The notes under the pieces are model-generated. The model saw only the letters and a list, made by a program, of their open reading frames with translations, was not told where the DNA came from and made no database searches. Shown piece after piece: positions 60,492-64,000 of a stretch of 64,000 bases of DNA. Every line of letters begins with the position of its first letter. Position 1 is the stretch's first letter. This stretch comes from Felis catus. Its lineage: Eukaryota. The stretch is from contig NC_058382.1 in the NCBI RefSeq assembly GCF_018350175.1, positions 59,212,001 through 59,276,000 of the forward strand. The letters run 5' to 3'. The translations under genes and the position numbers were made by a program.

Positions 60492-61996
60492 TTTCCCCCC
60501 TTCCCCCGCTTCTCCCTCTCCCTCCTCCTGCTCTCCCTCTCCCTCCTCCCCCTCCTCCCCTTCCTTCCTCCGCCTCCCCTCTTCCTTCCCTCCTCTTCCT
60601 CCCCTTCCTTCCCTCCTCCTCCTCCTCTCCTTCTTCCCCCTCTTCCTCTCCATCCTCCCCTTCCTCCCCCTCCTCCCCTTTCTCTCCCCCCTCCTCCTCC
60701 CCTTCCTCCCTCCTCCTCTCCTTCTTCCCCCTCTTCCTCTCCATCCTCCCCTATCTCCGCCTCCTCCCCTTCTTCCCCCCTCCTCCCCTTCCTCTCCATC
60801 CTCCCCTTCCTCCCCCTCCTCCTCCCCTTCCTTCCCTCCTCTTCCTCTCCACCCTCCCCTTCCTTCCCCCTCCTCCCCTTCCTCCCCCCTCCTCCCCCCT
60901 CTTCTCCTTCCTCCCCCCTCCTCCTCCCCTTCCTTCCCTCCTCCTCCTCTCCTTCTTCCCCTCTTCCTCTTCATCCTCCCCTTCCTTCCCCCTCCTCCAC
61001 TTCCTCCCCTGTCCTCCCCTTCCTCCCCCCCTTCCTTCCTTCCTCCTCCTCTCCTTCTTCCCCTCTTCCTCTCCATCCTCCCCTTCCTTCCCCCTCCTCC
61101 CCTTCCTCCCCCCTCCTCCTCTCCTTCCTTCCCTCATCTTCCTCTCCTTCTTCCCCTCTTCCTCTCCATCCTCCCCTTCCTCCCCCTCCTCCCCTTTCTC
61201 CCCCCTCCTCCTCCCCTTCCTCCCTCCTCCTCTCCTTCTTCCCCCTCTTCCTCTCCATCCTCCCCTATCTCCCCCTCCTCCCCTTCTTCCCCCTCCTCCC
61301 CTTCCTCTCCATCCTCCCCTTCCTCCCCCCTCCTCCTCCCCTTCCTTCCCTCCACTTCCTTCCCCCTCCTCCCCTTCCTCCCCCCTCCTCCCCCCTCTTC
61401 TCCTTCCTCCCCCCTCCTCCTCCCCTTCCTTCCCTCCTCCTCCTCTCCTTCTTCCCCTCTTCCTCTCCATCCTCCCCTTCCTTCCCCCTCCTCCCCTTCC
61501 TCCCCCCTCCTCCTCCCCTTCCTTCCCTCCTCCTCCTCTCCTTCTTCCCCTCTTCCTCTCCATCCTCCCCTTCCTTCCCCCTCCTCCACTTCCTCCCCTG
61601 TCCTCCCCTTCCTCTCCCTCCTCCTCCCCTTCCTTCCTTCCTCCTCCTCTCCTTCTTCCCCTCTTCCTCTCCATCCTCCCCTTCCTTCCTCCTCCTCACC
61701 TTCCTCCCCCCTCCTCCCCTTCCTCCCCTCCTCCTCCCCTTCCTCCCCCCTCCTCCTCCCCTTCCTTCCCTCATCTTCCTCTCCTTCTTCCCCCTCTTCC
61801 TCTCCATTCTCCCCCTCTTCCCCTGCCTCCCTCCTCCTCCTCTTCCTCCCCCCTCCTCCCCTTCCTTCCCTCCTCCTCTCCTTCTTCCCCTCTTCCTCTC
61901 CATCCTCCCCTATCTCCCCCCTCCTCCTCTTCTTCCCCCCTCCTCCTCCCCTTCCTCTCCTTCTTCCCATCCTCCCCTCCTCTTCCTCCTCATCTC
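60492..61996. repeat. 1.5-kb polypyrimidine/polypurine (CCT-rich) minisatellite
   Basis: Almost exclusively C/T on the + strand; recurring CTTCTTCCCC(C)TCTTCCTCTCCATCCTCCCC unit. Confidence 0.97.
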
Positions 61997-62769
61997 AGAC
62001 TGAGGAAAGGTGAGGTTGAAATGCTGTAGAGTCTACTATTGGTTTTTCTCCATCAAAGCCAACTGAAGCTGGTCACCCTAGCAGCCCTTTCATCCATTTA
62101 GACAGCCAAAGGCAGCTTTCATTTGCATTAATCCAAAAATAATAAAGTGACAGAAACTGTTTGAAAAATTTGGGAAAGAGTGAGGGTGAATCCCGGAACC
62201 GGCGAGTCCAGGAAAGGCTAGGAGGCGAGAAGCAGGTTGTGTGGATAAAATCTGGAAAGTATGCCCCTCTCACAGGTGAGGGGTGACCTGGCACATGGCG
62301 TTGAGGTCACTGGAAGGCCCATTTGCCTGAATGCACAGGAGCCCCATTTGGAGGAATTTCCTAAAATGACAATGAGCAGGAACAATGGGTGAGTCAGGTC
62401 TTTAATTGCCAGAAGCGATCTGGACTTTCATAGCAACGTTGGGGCGTTTGGAAAGTCTGTGTTACATAAAGATAAACTCATGTGAGGGCCAGCCTAAGGA
62501 GCAGCCAAGAACAGTTGGGAATTCATGCTCTGCGCTGTCTCCCATGGAGGGTTAGAAGCACGTTTTGAGGCATCGAAAGGATCGGCTCATATCTAAGACA
62601 CCGCCCCCCTGCCCCGCTTGCTGGCCGCACAACGGCCAGGTCAGCAGCTGTGTCTCATCCCAGCAGGCCTGTGCGTGTCACTAGTTGCAGGGAGGAGCCT
62701 GGGACTGCTGGAAACGGCCCGTGTTGGCACGTCCCTCCCGCTGGGGACAAAAGCATGTGCTCAGGGTCA

Positions 62770-62917
62770 GTCCTGGCCGAATTCTCCTTGATGCTTGCTG
62801 GCCGTGTGCACTTAGGCCAGACGTCTGGCCTCCCCGAGCTGCACCTAACACACCTCTTAAGTGAACTCAGTATTGGGCTCTGTGAAGATCGAACGAAGTT
62901 GCGTAAGTGTGGGCTAA
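62770..62917 (+). mobile_element. Degenerate MIR SINE
   Basis: CTTGCTGGCCGTGTGCACTTAGGCCAG...CCTCCCCGAGC...TGTGAAGATCGAACGA. Confidence 0.45.
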
Positions 62918-63250
62918 TGTCCTCGTCTGCTTGTGTGGCCATGACAAAAATACCAGAGGCCAGGGCTTGTGAACCACAGCCGTTTACCCCCTACACTTCT
63001 GGAGGCTGGGGGTCGAGATCAGGGTGCTGGCAGGACGGGCTGAGGGTGCTGCTCTTCCGGTGTCAGCCTTCTTGCTGGGTCCCCACACGAAGGACGGGCC
63101 AGAGGAGCTGGCCGGGACCTCCTTTATAGGGCACAAACCCCACTCACGGGACACCATCCTAATGACCCAGTCGCCTTCCAAAGATCCTGCTTCCCGACCA
63201 TCACCTGCAGCATCAGGATTTCAACACGGAAACTTCAGCTGGAAGGACCG
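62918..63250 (-). mobile_element. ERVL-MaLR solo LTR (MLT1A-like)
   Basis: TGTCCTCGTCTGCTTGTGTGGCCATGACAAAAATACCA...TTCTGGAGGCTGGG..GAGATCAGGGTGC...CCTTTATAGGGCAC...AGGATTTCAACAC. Confidence 0.82.
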
Positions 63251-64000
63251 CAGGGCGTGGTGTGAATGTGGCGTGAGCGTGGCGGGGGCGTGTCGTGAGG
63301 GAGAGTGTGCGTATGCTGTTGAGTGTGGCGTGAGGTGGTGGGAACATCTCTGCACAGGAAGCCGGGGCACCGGTGAGCGGCAACCGCTAAAAGGAAGGCA
63401 GAGCTGAGACATTCACGGTAACAGTTGGAACGATAACTTACATGTGACCGGGAGGCACGTATACTGTGCTAGGAACGACCTGGTTGTGCACGTAACCGTG
63501 GCATACGCGTGAGGCGCACACACTGTGTTAGGAACCGTCCTGCGCGTGCAGTGAAGTAGGCGAGTGAGCACGGGAAGCGGCAGCCCAGCTTGTGCTCGAG
63601 GTTGCCCCCGGGGTGGGAGGCGGGAAGGAGAAAGAAGGGGCGTCGGCCCCTAGTGTCTCAAGCGGGCAGAGCTGATGCGTGGAGCCGCCGCGAGCGCGGT
63701 GAGCGCCAGAGCCACGAGCAACGTTTGCCAGAGCCAGTCGCGGGGAGGAGCCCGCCGGAGCCCCTGCAGCTCGGCCCGGGGAACACACAGTGGCACCTCT
63801 CACGACAAAACCCAGAGGCAGCCCAGGCCCCTCAACGGCGGCCAGACGATAAAGTGTGGCCTGTCCACAGCGGGAGGTGACCGTGCCCCGAGAACTCAGG
63901 GCGCAGCTCCCCACAGCGGCGGCGGTGCCTGGCGGGGCCCAGAAGAAGCCGGGCATGGAAAAGTACACCCTTGACTCCACTTGTGCACATTCTCTAACAG

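Noticed and set aside
60393..62013. 536-aa and 514-aa Pro/Ser/Leu-rich ORFs, and Glu/Gly/Arg-rich ORFs on the minus strand
   Set aside because: All frames stay open because a C/T-only (or G/A-only) strand cannot form stop codons; no domain or codon structure.
1..64000. CRISPR array, prokaryotic operon, ERV internal genes or a novel multi-gene system
   Set aside because: No repeat-spacer array, no gag/pol/env and no gene-dense architecture; the sequence is mammalian non-coding DNA with solo LTRs only.

Overview
Mammalian genomic DNA, almost certainly from a cat-family (feliform) carnivore. The evidence is nine tRNA-derived CAN-SINEs (eight of the long feliform SINEC_Fc type, one short SINEC_c type) and a carnivore-type L1 3' end. 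The window is GC/CpG-rich, with AT-rich islands. It is made of transposon relics (CAN-SINE, a recent 5'-truncated L1, ancient L1M, L2, MIR, MLT1/MaLR LTRs, MER5/MER58 hAT MITEs), simple repeats (three CAT/GAT tracts, CA/TG tracts, long G/C runs, a 1.5-kb polypyrimidine tract) and repeat-free segments that look like enhancers. I recognise no host protein-coding exon or RNA gene. The only protein homology I recognise is to dead L1 ORF2 fragments, and the long ORFs in the track are low-complexity or GC-content artefacts. The region is most likely intergenic or a large intron. I cannot support a new biological system here. The findings concern transposon nesting, repeat genesis, non-B DNA, base-composition evolution and candidate cis-regulatory elements. 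Repeat subfamily names come from recalled consensus similarity, not from a RepeatMasker run, and boundaries of ancient repeats are approximate.
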